Shown here: positions 28,090 to 41,939 of the stretch, piece after piece
Numbering within the stretch: position 1 is the stretch's first letter
How the letters are laid out: the number at the start of each line of letters is the position of its first letter
Assembly (NCBI GenBank): GCA_951406725.2
Contig: OX597832.1
Location: 15,500,001-15,564,000, forward strand
Source of the DNA: Octopus vulgaris
Lineage: Eukaryota
Reading direction: 5' to 3'
Length of the DNA stretch: 64,000 nt
Notes under the pieces: generated by a model
The model's input: only the letters and a program-made list of their open reading frames with translations
Database searches by the model: none
What the model was told of the DNA's origin: nothing
Translations under genes and position numbers: made by a program

Positions 28090-28515
28090 CGACCAGACCA
28101 TCAGATGTTGCTACACATCGCTGGTCACAATGCGTTCGCATTATTTTAGCCTTCGAATGACGCCACCCCGCTGGCTAAGCGAGCAGGCCAACAGGCGAAA
28201 GAGTGAGGGAAAGAGTGGTGAAAGCGTCCAGCAGGGATCACCACCCCCTGCCGGAGCTTCCTGATAAATATCCAAACAATAATGGAGCAAATACAGTTCT
28301 TTACTTTTATACAAACGATTTTAATTTTAAAATAAACCACGGTCTTTTGTCAATCAAGTGACAATTATTTCTTAGAAGACATTGCATGTATGGAGACACA
28401 ATGGTCTAGTGGTTAGGGCAGCGGACTCGCGGTCGTAGGATCACGGTTTCGATTCCCAGACCGGGTGTTGTGAGTGTTTATTGAGTGAAAACACCTAAAA
28501 GCTCCACGAAGCTTC
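28090..28515. mobile_element. SINE family A (tail type 2) split by a local inversion
   Basis: The body is on the minus strand at 28090-28260 and the tRNA head is on the plus strand at 28391-28515. Together they reconstitute the 40795-41092 element. Confidence 0.8.
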
Positions 28516-29155
28516 AATCTTTATTTTTACTATTTTCTGATAAAAAAGAAATGCAGAAAATAGTAAAAATAAAGTCATTCACCTTCTGTGTAGAAGTTTA
28601 ATCGCTCATCGAAATTTCATATCATTTTCTTTGTAAAATAAGTGGCACCATTGTCGCATAAAGACTATCATTAACTATTTAAATGATCCTTAATTTCCTC
28701 TTAGCTACTGCTATCCGCCGAGATCAGTATGACACATATTTTTTGCAACGGATGCAAAAAATTATTTCTAATTAAATTAATAATCACAGATTATCACAAA
28801 GAGAATTCTTTAAAACAGCAACGCGTTAGAAGATAAAAGAAAAGTAGTCAAGATCATACATTCGGTATAGGAGGTTTGTCAGATGAAAATTTATTTGTGT
28901 CTGCCTGATAATTACTGATAGTGGGAGAGCATGATTTAACTGAATCTTGTAACCCATCGTTGAGGTTTTGCTTGCCGTAATTGATATTCAAACTCTTTCA
29001 ACGATTGAAGAGTAGATTGTATCAAATAGACCACCGAAGTTTAGAAGGAAATTAAGTCACATCAATAATTGTATATTGGTGACCGAAACATGAAGGTGAA
29101 GGGGACAGCAAATTGATATATACATATGTGTGATTGTGTGTGTTGGTGTATGTTC

Positions 29156-29291
<136 letters not shown>

Positions 29292-30539
29292 CTTTATATA
29301 TAAAGTGATTTTTGTAAACAATGTTAATGTGATTATATATATTATGTTAACTGAAAGCCATTCATTTTAAGTATTTGCCTATAAAGAAATGAGCATGAAT
29401 GCCCCAAAGGACAAACAAACACGCACTAAATCATATAGGGACAGACATATATATGTGCGTATCTGTGTGTGTTTAGAGGGAAAGGGGAAAATGTTGCACC
29501 CAGCACGTTTTGGTTGTTAGTAGAAATCTTGGAAATACTATGTGATTCGATACCCTGCAAAAGATTCGTAGTTTCTCATAAACAAACCTCTTGCGTCCGG
29601 CTTCGATTCAAGCCAAATGATGAAATACATTTGTGCTGTGTGTCTAGGAAAATGGTAGTAGCATGGAATCGAATCAATCTGTTACTGTATAGTGTATGTT
29701 CGCGTGCGTATGTGTGTTTGCTTGGGCGTGTGTATGACTGGACGTATGTGAGTGTGCAAGAACCCTATTTGAACAGTAATGCATTTATGAAAAAAAAATA
29801 TTTCAGGAAATATGACATGAAGATATATACGCTAAATCTTATATTGCAAACATTACTACTGTTTTTTTTTTTTTTATAGTCAATAAGTGATTAAGTATTT
29901 GCTGATAACATATTAATCCATCTTTTACTCTAACATTCTCACAATTATGTCTGAATTATGAATTACATGTTCTACAGTGATACAATAAATTTTGTCAGTT
30001 CACACTTTCTTCCTATTCTATTTCTACAGTTAAAATGAAGATTGATTTGTTCATTGATTACATCATAGTATGAAAACATGAGACTAACTCTTGTATAGCG
30101 TACTCTTTTACTCTCTTCAATGTTCGTCTAGAAAATTAAAATTTTGTTTTTGTAATAATAGGAAAGAAAGCAGAAAATAATTTATTTTGTATTCGGTAAA
30201 AGTACATGAGATTTCCAGGAACTATTGAATGCTTGTAATGTTAATAGTAATGTTCATCCCATGGTGCCTAATGTGGACACAATTATTCTAGAAATTCACA
30301 TACATGTACATGCCTGAACAAATGCATATACATACACAGACATACAAAGTCGCGCACACGCATATCCGACTATTCAAAGCTATTAAAAAGGGGACATTTT
30401 ACCGGTGATTGTGTTAAATTATAAGGCACCAAAAGAGTATGACTCTCCCCAGGTACAACATAATATGCTTCAACACACGAACTCACATAAATTACCTTGT
30501 AAACCAAATCTTAAAACGAAAATTATATATATATGTATA

Positions 30540-31570
30540 CAGCCTCGGACAAAGATAATAGGCCAACCATATTTTTTGAGGTTCTGTAGTTTCAATGTAA
30601 ATGAATCTCGTGCACATGGTAGATGATGGTATATTTCACAATATACATTAGTTTTAATATCTGGCTAACCCTTCTTTAGCATCAATCACCGCTTTTCTAC
30701 GGTTAGGCATTGAATCAACTGGTTTCTTGCAGGTGCTAGGTGCAATTTTACTCCATAATTCTCTCAAGTATTGTTACAGATGTTCTTTTTTATTGTTGTG
30801 TTCCTGATGATAGCAATCAAGAGCTTCTCATAGATGTTGGTTTGGATATAGATCGGGACTTTGAACCGACCAATGCATAGGGATAATACTCTGTGTCTCA
30901 AACCATTGACGAGTATTTCTTTGCTGTATGCAATTTAGCAATTGATATCCCTGAAACATACGATAACATAGAAACATAAGTAGCTGAATTCATCCTTCCC
31001 TGATAATTAAAAAAATATTCCTCCCGGTACTGTGGCATACATGCAGGCCCACACCATAATAGAACCATCTCCATGTTTTACAGTTGGTACCAGACATTCA
31101 GCCTTAAATGCCCTCCCAATTCTGAGACCTACGAAAGTTGCATCAGGCGTACCGGAAACCTGAGTAAAAACATGAAATATAATATTATATAGTTGTATGT
31201 TGAATACTTTTTTATATATTTTGGGCAAAAAACTAGTTACAATATGTTTATATGTTGATTGAATACATGTACTATCTTACCTCATTGTTACTTTCTTCAG
31301 ACCATATGACTTTTCACCATTCCTCACAGGTCGAATTTTAGTGGCTTTTGGCCCACTGAAGACGTGTCTCCTTATTCGCTTCAGAAACCAGCGGTTTCTT
31401 CCTGGCTTTATAGCCTTTCAGACCGAATTCTACAAGCCTTCTAACAGTTACGGTTGACATTTGTGAAGTACTTGCCTCGTTGAAGTCCGCACAGAGATTT
31501 GACGATGTTTTTCTCCTGTTTCTGAACAACTGACGGATGACATACTTGAATGTTAACTGGCTGATGTCTC
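30540..31570 (-). mobile_element. Tc1-like DNA transposon remnant (transposase pseudogene with an intron)
   Basis: Fragments TVRRLVEFGLKGYKARKKPLVSEANKETRLQWAK, KVIWSEES, PTVKHGDGSIMVWACM, HWSVQSPDL and DSMPNRRKAVIDAKEG. A TA|CAG...CAAAGATAAT terminus lies at 30538-30560. Confidence 0.85.
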
Positions 31571-31994
31571 TCGATTTTATGTACTCTCCATTTTGTTATT
31601 TGCCGTATAAATCATGGGTGAACCAATGTTTTCCCATGCACATATATGCTATTAAACAATTAAATATATACAGGAATTCACATATAATTTGTAGCTATAA
31701 CGAAGTAGGGTATGCATTTTGTATTCTTTTTTGCTCTAGGCAAAAGGCTCGCAATTTCTGGGGAGGGAGCCATCGATTAGATCGACTCCAGTACGCAACC
31801 GGTACGTAATTTATCCATTCAATTGCGAGGTTGTCATGCAATAACTATCATTTTATTATGAACAATAGGGTACACTACCAGCAGTATATTGGATAGATAC
31901 TATGCTTTAGTCGGTTTCTCAACATGAAACTCACAAAGAAATATATATCTATATCTATATATTTACCTATCTATGTATCTATCTATCTATCAAT

Positions 31995-32028
<34 letters not shown>

Positions 32029-32312
32029 GAGGGTGTATGTATATGTTGTGTGTGTGTGTCAGGAAAATGAACTACGTTTCAGTTTAATGCCAATCTAATG
32101 AATATGATTCGGACCGTTGCAAAAGACGTTATGTTGAAAGATCAAAACGAATACGGTACATGGAATTGCATTAGATATAAATAATATATTTTATCATCAC
32201 GGTATTTCCTATGAAGTCAAATCTCTAATTCAATACGAGATAAATTAGTAATCATAAATATTGAATATATTTCGCTAGATTCTTGAGTAAAATTTGAATA
32301 CCAGGTGAAAGC

Positions 32313-32348
<36 letters not shown>

Positions 32349-33445
32349 GAGATGAGTAAATATGTTGTTCAGGAACTTATAAAGCACGGAGAAGTTTACT
32401 AAAATCAAAGTATAAAAAATGTTAAAATTTTGTTGCAGAATAGCAAAAGAAAACTTATTAAGTATCGTTATTTGTATGGATTCCGCAATTAATGTCACAA
32501 CATTATACATTTCACCATTAAAATTTATTTCGTATAATTAAAGACACCGTGCTTCTAAGAAAAGTGTTGAAATCGTGTTACAAAACCGAACAACTGAGAT
32601 ATGTATAGATTTATTTGTTAAAATATGAATATGAACGTCTTTTTCCACACGTTAAGACATAAAATCATGCGTAAATATAAAGAATATATATATATATTGT
32701 ATATACGAGTTGCCTGTGTATATACATGATTGTCTTTTTGCTTCAGGTTGACATATGTTTATATTCATATGTTAACGATATTTTTTTTTATTCACAACAG
32801 ATTTGAATATTTTAGTAAACCGTTTTTCTATTGTCTTTCTGCCAACTTCACTTCTGTCATGTAGTTTGTGGAAAGGAGAAATTAGAGGTATTTTCTGAAC
32901 ACGTTTCAACCAATAGAATTTGGCGAACATTAGAGTTCGGAATTTGTTGTATTTGACCTCGTGAGCGTTCCGATAATGCATTTCTTCTCTCATCACTATA
33001 TAGTTACTTGCAATTTGGGCATATGATGCACCTCATCAAATTTCAGCTTTTGCAGATCATACCTGCATTTGCGATAAATTGTCCATTTCTTTTTCTAATG
33101 GATCTACAAGTATGTGTGTAATAATCAAATGTATCAACATTATTTGTATTGCAAATCTGATTCCATCATCTATGAGTTGAACTGGGTAGTGTCTGTCCCT
33201 TCTTAAATTATTGAATACCTATATTCATAGGGTGTGCATACATATACGTATTTCAGTTAAGAACACCATTTCCTAAGATTATTTTTCCACATAAGTTACT
33301 TCTTAAAACTATGTATAAATATTCTTTATTTAGAGTAATATATTTTTTAGATATTTACTGTAATCGAATGAAGTGTTGCAGGGATCCACACGTGCCTGCC
33401 TTTCTACAAAAATTGGACGTGTGCACATGTGTGCATGTATGCTTG

Positions 33446-33482
<37 letters not shown>

Positions 33483-35420
33483 CATACATACATATCTTCA
33501 TATACATACATATATATCTTCATATAAATACTTTCACGTCACCGTGTGTTCACGTGTGTGTAAATATTGGTGAATGTGTGTGTGTGTATTTGCGCGTGCG
33601 ATGTGTGGAGCTATTTAGATAATTATGGGCACGGATTTCTGCACGTTTTCTGTATATATGAATGAATACGCATCTCAAACTCCTGGAACAATAAGCACTT
33701 CTATTTTGAGTATGTTGAAGTAATGTTGGTAATTTACTTGATATTCCTAAAAATTATATTCTCATATATTATCAAATGTGACTGAATAATTTTCTCACGT
33801 CAATACTGAAATGTATAACACGTATATAAGAACTGAATCCAACACCATTTAAAGTCATACGATTTCAATTATCACTACATAAAGATCTTCTTCAAATACG
33901 GTGTGCCTAAAGTTGGTAGTCTCAATTCTTATTACAATGAAATATTTCAGGAATTATTTTACTGTATGTATGTTATATGTTAGATCTGATCTTGAAATAG
34001 AAATTTCGTTGCAACTAATGGAGCCAATTTAATCAGTATTTCAAGAAACTCCATCCATTTGCCACCGCACTTTGAAAAGAGATGTAACAAAATACGAAAA
34101 CATTAGGATATATATATAAAGTAACGGAAAATAATTCTTTAGGTAATTTCCAGACAGAACACAGATGCATTTACATAAATAGCAGCTAAGACAAAGGCAG
34201 TCATTGAAGTAAGTGCTTCAGATGAAAATATTATTAAATGAAAGGAATACATCTCGTGTTAAAACTGACTAGAAAAATATGTTACAAAGAACAATATAGA
34301 TTTAGAAATCACCAATTTCCAAAACTTAAGTCTTGTTCAGTTTGATCCGCATTATTGCAGCCTTACGTACGTACATACATATGGATATATATATACATCC
34401 ATTAATACATATATACATAGACACACACACATACATAGACAGATACACAATCAAAACGCATACAGAAACACGCATGTGTTATAAATATGTTTAAAAATGT
34501 ACCTTGTATTACATGCTACTGCTCAATACACACGCACATACATAAACACACGCACGCACGCACACGCAAACACACACACATGCATACAAACAGACATATG
34601 AAGAACATTATCATTCGTATGCATCATCAAAGGTTCCAGCCCAATTGCAATTAACGAGACCCTGAAGCTTAGCCGCTTGATATCGCGTACATGTAATCTA
34701 TGTCATCTATTGTGGATACGTTACTGTGACGCTCCAAAATAATATAAAAGAAAAGAACATTTATCGGATTTAAGAAGGCAATTTCAAAACACATTATTTA
34801 AATCACGAATCTCCTTTCCGCCATATGGAAAAATGTAGTGGAATTAAATTGCTTAGCAATGGATGAAATTTGAAAAGAACTGCCCTCCACATACAATGAG
34901 GTATATTATCGTGGATAAATCTATGTCATAGGTCAATGGATCTAATGCATGCAATTTATGTATATGTGAAAGTTGTCATATTACTTTTAGATCACAGAAA
35001 TCTAACACATGACTAAGTCAGATTCGAAAGGTCCAGGAAATGGATAACATTTCCTTTGGTGAACTGACGGACAACAAATAAACTTGGTCTATCTCCAGAT
35101 TAAGTTTATTTATCCCTTCTTTCTCCATTTTTATAAAATTTTTGCCATGTAATTCCACGTTGTGAATCAACTCTATCGTTCTATTTTATTACAGTGCTTT
35201 GCTTTGTACTTGTGGCCAATGGTTCAATGTAAATACACTATGCGTTCAGAGGGTGGACAGAGCTGGGAGATGCAACACCTGTAATAAAAACATGCCCAAC
35301 GATGTGTCTTGAGAGTAAGAAAATATTAGCACTTCAATTGTGGAACAGCGTACTTTGAAAGATATTTTTATTTTTTTCTAGTCGGCGCACTCTATTGATT
35401 TAGCATTAACGGAACAGTAA

Positions 35421-35488
<68 letters not shown>

Positions 35489-37898
35489 TGCGTGTGTGTG
35501 TTTGTGTGCGTGCAGTTATGTGTGTGTATGTGTATTTGGATGTGTATGACAATTATTTAATATAGTTTTGAAGTGTAAAAATTATTATGAAAATAACATT
35601 AAAAACAAATCTTTAATGACAATATACATTTACGACTTTTTTTCTGGTGCGTCAGCGATTTAGTTCAACCTTTTGCAACATAGGTGCTCTTAAAGAGATT
35701 GTTATTATTTTTGTAGTAGTTGTAGCATTATATATTTCTAATTTAATTTCGGTCTTAGAGATATAATCATAAATATTCATTTGCCATCTTTTATTATATG
35801 GAATGGAGTTGTTTAAGATTTTCCATGTGTATATCTTCACAAGTTCAGCAAGCCGGGCCTATAACACTGTCAGCATCGATTTGTGTTATCAGAATACTAT
35901 TGATTTTGTTCCCTACTGGTGTAATGTCATCAAATTGTGAAGCAAAGGTAAACTAGTTATAATACTTAAATCATTCACCATTACCTCACCTGTTTCGGAT
36001 TCACTCTTCAGGCTATCCTTTCGACATTAAACATAAAAAACCAAACCCTTTTCGGGTGCAATAAAATTTTGTGGATCGATTCTCTTCTTTCATTGTTTGT
36101 TAAACCTTGTCGTTCTTGCTGGAGAAGATTATTGAGTACCAACCTTTCAATAACGTATGATATTCTTGCCCAGAAATGTCTACTATTCAATGATGAACAG
36201 AAAGCAGAGAGATGATGGGGATTCCACTCAGCAATATTAGTCACCGTCTTTAGCTTATGAATGAGTTGTTTTGATCAAGTTGATACCTGACTCGAACTGG
36301 TTTGTAAATATTCTTGCAGATACTTGGGAGTACACCTAAGTATTATTTTTAGAATCTCACTATTAGTAAAATGTGCTTATTAAAATACAGATGTCTATGG
36401 GGAAGAATGGATTTTCCATCGAAACGTTACAGTGAATACTTGTTATGTCCGGACACATAAACAACCATTGGACAGCAAGACTAACGATTTCTTGCTGTTT
36501 ACATAATTGAAATGTACATTTGGTGTTCATATATCATACAATGTCAGATATGATTACCATCGAAATTCTGCTTCAGACGGTGACACCAATATGAATTTGA
36601 AAAACTATTTCATAAATTATTATCTACAGAACAAAACTCATTAAAATGTGAATACACGCGCTTATTATACCCTAATGAAATAAAAGCGTTACCCTAAAAA
36701 ATATGCCTTTCATGAAATAAGTCTCATACATTTTCTTTTCAACAAATTTCATACAATCGTTGTAACAACAGTTGCGGAAAAAACAGAAATGTTAGTTCGT
36801 ACGTTTGTATATATAATTGAGCAAACAGACCAAAGTTTTAAGAGGAAAATTTGTACGGATATAAAAAAAAAACTTTTAAAGTGAGCAATATAGAAATAAC
36901 TTCTAAATAAGTCGATATAGTTAAATATCTGGTATCAATCATTGTATGAAATGGAGAAAACATCAAAGAAATTCTGGATAGAAATGATAGAAATGTCCAT
37001 GGCAAGGCATTTCCTGAGACAACTCATATAATTTCAAATTGGTACGTAAATGAATAAATGAAAAAAAATAACTAATGTGTGATATTGAACAGAAAAAAAA
37101 AACGAAAAAAACGAGAAATGCAAACGCTTAGTAACACCATAAGATGTGAACCTTTTGAAGAATACGGAAGTTGTCTCTTGTTGATATATTACAACTTTTT
37201 GTCATTTAAAGAGCGGAAATTCACTAGAAAACTAGAAGGCGCGATGGTGGAAGGCCAAATGATATCACATGAAAAAGAAACACCTTGAAAATATAAGTGC
37301 AGGTAAACAAAAGCTAAGAGTTCGGTAGAGAGAGAGGGAGAGAGAGTGAGGGAGGGAAAGAAAGAGAAGGAGAGAGAGAGAAGACAGATGATGTGCTTAC
37401 GAGCGTCATTGTAGAGTGCTCGAACGTATAACTGGCTATGTTGTTTGAAGGAAGCTAACTGTAGGTTATGTCCACTATTATTGATGATTGTGCGTTAAAC
37501 CGCGTTGTTTTATTTTGCGTCCATTATGTAGTATTTGTCGTGCGTTAGCCCTGCCGAAATAATATTTTGTATACTGTAGTGTTTTATTGAAAATCTCTTA
37601 ATTTGGATATCTAGAGACGAAAGGAATTACAATCTCCTTTATTATACCGCTCATTTTGAATATGCCTTTATCCACTAATTCTATATAAAAATCATTTCGT
37701 TTCGATGCTGCTGCGTTCAATTATTTGAACATTTAAACAGGAGATAACGCTAGCTACATCAAATACACATATACTCGTTCCTTTTTCTTTAGTAATTTCA
37801 GACGAACTGCACTTCATTTCCAGTCGTAATCTAATTCGCCAAATGAGAGTAAAAATATACTATATAGGCTTTGGTTTCACTATACATTCCAAGAGTGA

Positions 37899-37970
<72 letters not shown>

Positions 37971-38134
37971 AAAACAATGATTCATAGACATACATATTGA
38001 TATTGATATTCATCTCATGTTTCCGTAAAATATAAATTCTCTACATTTGTACATTCCAGGTAACATCCAATGCGTCTTTGTTCATACCGGAGATTTTTAG
38101 CCATTATTGAATTTATCGTTCAGGTAAATGAGTA

Positions 38135-38245
38135 ACACTGTGATGGACTGAGGTCCCGTCCGGCTGGGGGACACATACGCCATAGAAACCGGGAAACCGG
38201 GCCCATGAGACTGACTAGGCTTTAAAAACAGCGCATTTATTTATT
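38135..38245 (+). mobile_element. 3' fragment of SINE family A (tail type 1)
   Basis: GTGATGGACTGAGGTCCCGTCCGGCTGGGG...AGAAACCGGG is homologous to 5520-5610. Confidence 0.7.
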
Positions 38246-38360
38246 CTTAATAAATAGATGAGTGTGTTTTAAAGGTGTACTTGTATGCAGATATACACAG
38301 ACATGCACGCACCCATGAACAAACACGTATATATTGATATACACACACACACACACACAC

Positions 38361-38424
<64 letters not shown>

Positions 38425-38940
38425 CAATCATTGAAAATTATATACATACGATTTTTTTTGTGTGTGTTTAAAAACATCGAAGCACGTTGCAATATTTGTG
38501 CCTACGTATACGTATCTGAAAACACGTCTATGTTATTGTATTGCAGAATGTGTATCTACATAACATTTGTTATACGCCTCTGTCGTTTCCTGTTCTCTTC
38601 ATTATGCCGTGAATAAGTTCATTTTCTATAAACAATCGTGCGTCATTTCATTTATGTTTACCTGTTATTTATAACGTAACGTCGTGTTTACAGAACACAG
38701 AACAGAGTGAAGAAAACTATTCCCACTCACATAATACATAGCCTGTGGGAGAGACTCACTGCATTTCTTTTACTCGATTTCATATTCGTTGCAGTCTATA
38801 CAGAATCATGCATACAAATACATGTGTCTCTGAGTGTATGCATACTTATATAGATGTATAGGCAGATATATAGATTGATTAATTTAGAGATATAGATATA
38901 TATACTGCTAGATGAATAGGCACAAACTTTTACAGATATA

Positions 38941-38985
<45 letters not shown>

Positions 38986-39005
38986 GTATGTATGAATATA
39001 GGTAC

Positions 39006-39072
<67 letters not shown>

Positions 39073-40794
39073 TATATACATATATGAACAGTGTAAATAA
39101 GTGCAATTACTGAAAAGATTAATGCTCATAATAGAATAAAGACAAGTATATTTGATGTCGTACACTTGAAATAATAAATTCTTATGATGTTGTGATACTT
39201 AGATCTTTTTCGTATAGTTTTCGATATGAAAAGAATATCTTCAATCATACGTTAAAAGTGTGTACAACGGACCATAAAATCAACACACACACACATACAC
39301 ACACAAACACACACAACATATGTATGTATCCAAGCATGTATATGTGTATGTGTGTGCTAATGTGTTTGTTTGCACGTGTGTAGGATCTGTAGCGGTTTTA
39401 TAGACGACATTATAGGATCATTTCTCTATAATTAATTAACAGTTTCAATTTACGGACACATGTTTGCAACTTTGCTCATCTGCCGGAAATTTGTTTTAAA
39501 TTGCGGGCTTTTATTCATATTTAATACCCATGTAAACAATATTTGTCACATATTTTAGTGTGATTCGTCGCCGCTGGGACATAGACACTTTCGGGTAGAT
39601 ATTGCAAACCTAGTGACAGTCAATATGGCTTAAAAGGTTAGATTCTTGTTCAGTATTTCCTCACGATTGAAATGTACCTGAAAAAATTCACTCAGAGGGT
39701 GACGTCTCATGTGATGCGACAGTGCAGAGTGAATATGCCCTCCGTCACTCGCTTGCCATGTAGTATTTACCCAGATGCCAAATGCATGCTGATATGCTGA
39801 TATTCGAATAGCCTTTGATTTGTTGGGAATGCTTAGAGAATAGTTATGCTAGTAATGTGAGTACTTAAAATTCAGAATAAGTTAAATCTGTGTATATCTT
39901 GTTAGTAGAGGTTATTTTGACATCGCATTTATCAAAAATGTGTTTCGTATCCAAATTGAGTTAACTGTACAAACAGGTTGTTTTCTTTAACTAGTAGTAC
40001 TATTGTGGAGTGTCACAAGCATGGGAAGATTAGATAGCATCCTCTAACAAAATGAACGATCTTATAACAAATTTACGGGAAAAAATTCTAGCACAGGAAT
40101 CTAAACTTCGGCTTTCTGTTGATATTATATTACAGTTTTAGCGGTTGTTTTCACAGTTGCTTTGACGTCAGCTATAAAAGGGCGAAAGTAATTTATCTTA
40201 TCCTTGTAGGTGCATTCTATTATAACCCACTCGAAAACTTGTATATTTTTTGAAGAAGACACCTGTTGAGAGATATAGCTGGCAAATTCCGAACCATATC
40301 AAATTGATATTTCTAATAGCTCGGATTTGTTTTCTTTTCGTTCATGTATCCCGTTATCGCAAAATACTTTCAAACATGTGCAGAAAACTTACGAACTAAG
40401 CGAACAGTCTAGCAGGGAAACTAGATTGCACATAAGTGTAAATAGAATTTTAATGTGAATAATAGACGGCCAGGTATTTCCGGGTTCAATTCCACTGGGA
40501 TGTACCTTGTTTAACTGTCTTATACTAAGGCCTAGGACCGAGAGACTAAATAACAGGCTTTAAAAACATAAATATTGCGGCCAAGTCTAGTAAAACTTTT
40601 GAAGGCGGTGCCCGAGCATGATCCATTTTACGAGTGAAACAAGTAAAATATTATTTAAATACATATACGCGTGTGTGTGTGTGTGTTTCTGTATGTCAGT
40701 CTGTTTGTGTGTACGTACGTATGTCAGTGTGCACATACGTACGTGCATACACACATACATATGAATATATATACATATATAAATATAGCGTGAT

Positions 40795-41091
40795 AACGTG
40801 ACCGACCAGACTATCGGATGTTGTTACACATCGCTGTTCACAATGCGTTCGCATTGTTTTAGCCTTCGAATGACGCTAACCCGCTGGCTAAGCAAGCACG
40901 CCAACAGAAGAAAGAGTGGGAGAAAGAGTGGTGAAAGAGTACAACAGGGATCACCACCCCTAGCCGGAGTCTCGTGGAGCCTTTTAGGTGTTTTCGCTCA
41001 ATAAACACACACAACGCCCGGTCTGAGAATCGAAACCGTGATCTTGCGACCGCGAGTCCGTTGCCATAATCACTAGGCCATTGCGCCTCCA

Positions 41092-41092
<1 letters not shown>
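40795..41092 (-). mobile_element. tRNA-derived SINE, family A (tail type 2), full length
   Basis: Head GGAGGCGCAATGGCCTAGTGATTA...GGTTTCGATTC; the tail is homologous to 28090-28200. Confidence 0.85.
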
Positions 41093-41183
<91 letters not shown>

Positions 41184-41204
41184 TTATATTTATATATACG
41201 CGTA

Positions 41205-41358
41205 TGAGTGGCTGTGTGTTAAGTAGCTTGCTTACCAAAAACAAGTTCCGGTTTCAGCCGCACTGCGTTGCAACTTAGGCAAGTGTCTTCTACTATAGCC
41301 TCGGCCCGACCAAAACCTTGTGAGAGGATTTGGTAGACGGAAACTGAAAGTAGTACGT

Positions 41359-41362
<4 letters not shown>
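41205..41362 (+). mobile_element. 5' half of SINE family B
   Basis: GAGTGGCTGTGTG..AAGTAGCTTGCTTACC...GCAAGTGTCTTCTACTATAGCCTCG...GGTAGACGGAAACTGAAAG. Confidence 0.8.
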
Positions 41363-41436
<74 letters not shown>

Positions 41437-41444
<8 letters not shown>

Positions 41445-41668
41445 AAATGAAGAAAATGCTGACAAATAATTGAAGTAATTTAAGTAATTTAATTAGGTGA
41501 TTTAGTAATTTAATTAGTGATTAGTAATTTAATTAGCATAACAAATGCGCAACCGGTAAAAAGAACTTTCACCTAAATAAATTACTTAAATTACTTCAAT
41601 TATTTGTCAGCATTTTCTTCATTTCCTTTTTTTATATATCACCACTCGTGTTCGACATCTCCTTTTTT

Positions 41669-41671
<3 letters not shown>
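41437..41671. mobile_element. Second copy of family H2, opposite orientation, internally rearranged
   Basis: Inverted arms AAGGAAATGAAGAAAATGCTGACAAATAATT... and a tail CACTCGTGTTCGACATCTCCTTTTTTAAA. It retains GCATAACAAATGCGCAACCGGTA and has TA flanks. Confidence 0.8.
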
Positions 41672-41704
<33 letters not shown>

Positions 41705-41709
<5 letters not shown>

Positions 41710-41884
41710 TTAATCCAAACAAGGAAACACAAAAAAACACAACAACGCGAAGACGTGGAATAAATAAAGTATTATTGGTCGCTCAGGAAAGAAGGGAAGA
41801 ACGAGGGTTTAACGTTTCGAGCGGAGCTCTTCGCCGGAAACTTAGGAGAAGGAAAGATCCCGAGAAGGGAAGACAGAGGAAAAA

Positions 41885-41893
<9 letters not shown>
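41705..41893 (-). mobile_element. Short TA-flanked element with mutated hammerhead (family H3)
   Basis: Minus 41807-41841 reads GTTT-CCGGCGA-A-GAGC-tcc-GCTC-GAAA-CG-TT-AAAC. The downstream TTCCTGAGCG...TTCCAC is shared with 53747-53958. Confidence 0.65.

Positions 41894-41939
<46 letters not shown>

Noticed and set aside
36008-36244. 78-aa non-repetitive ORF
   Set aside because: No recognisable motif or convincing exon structure.
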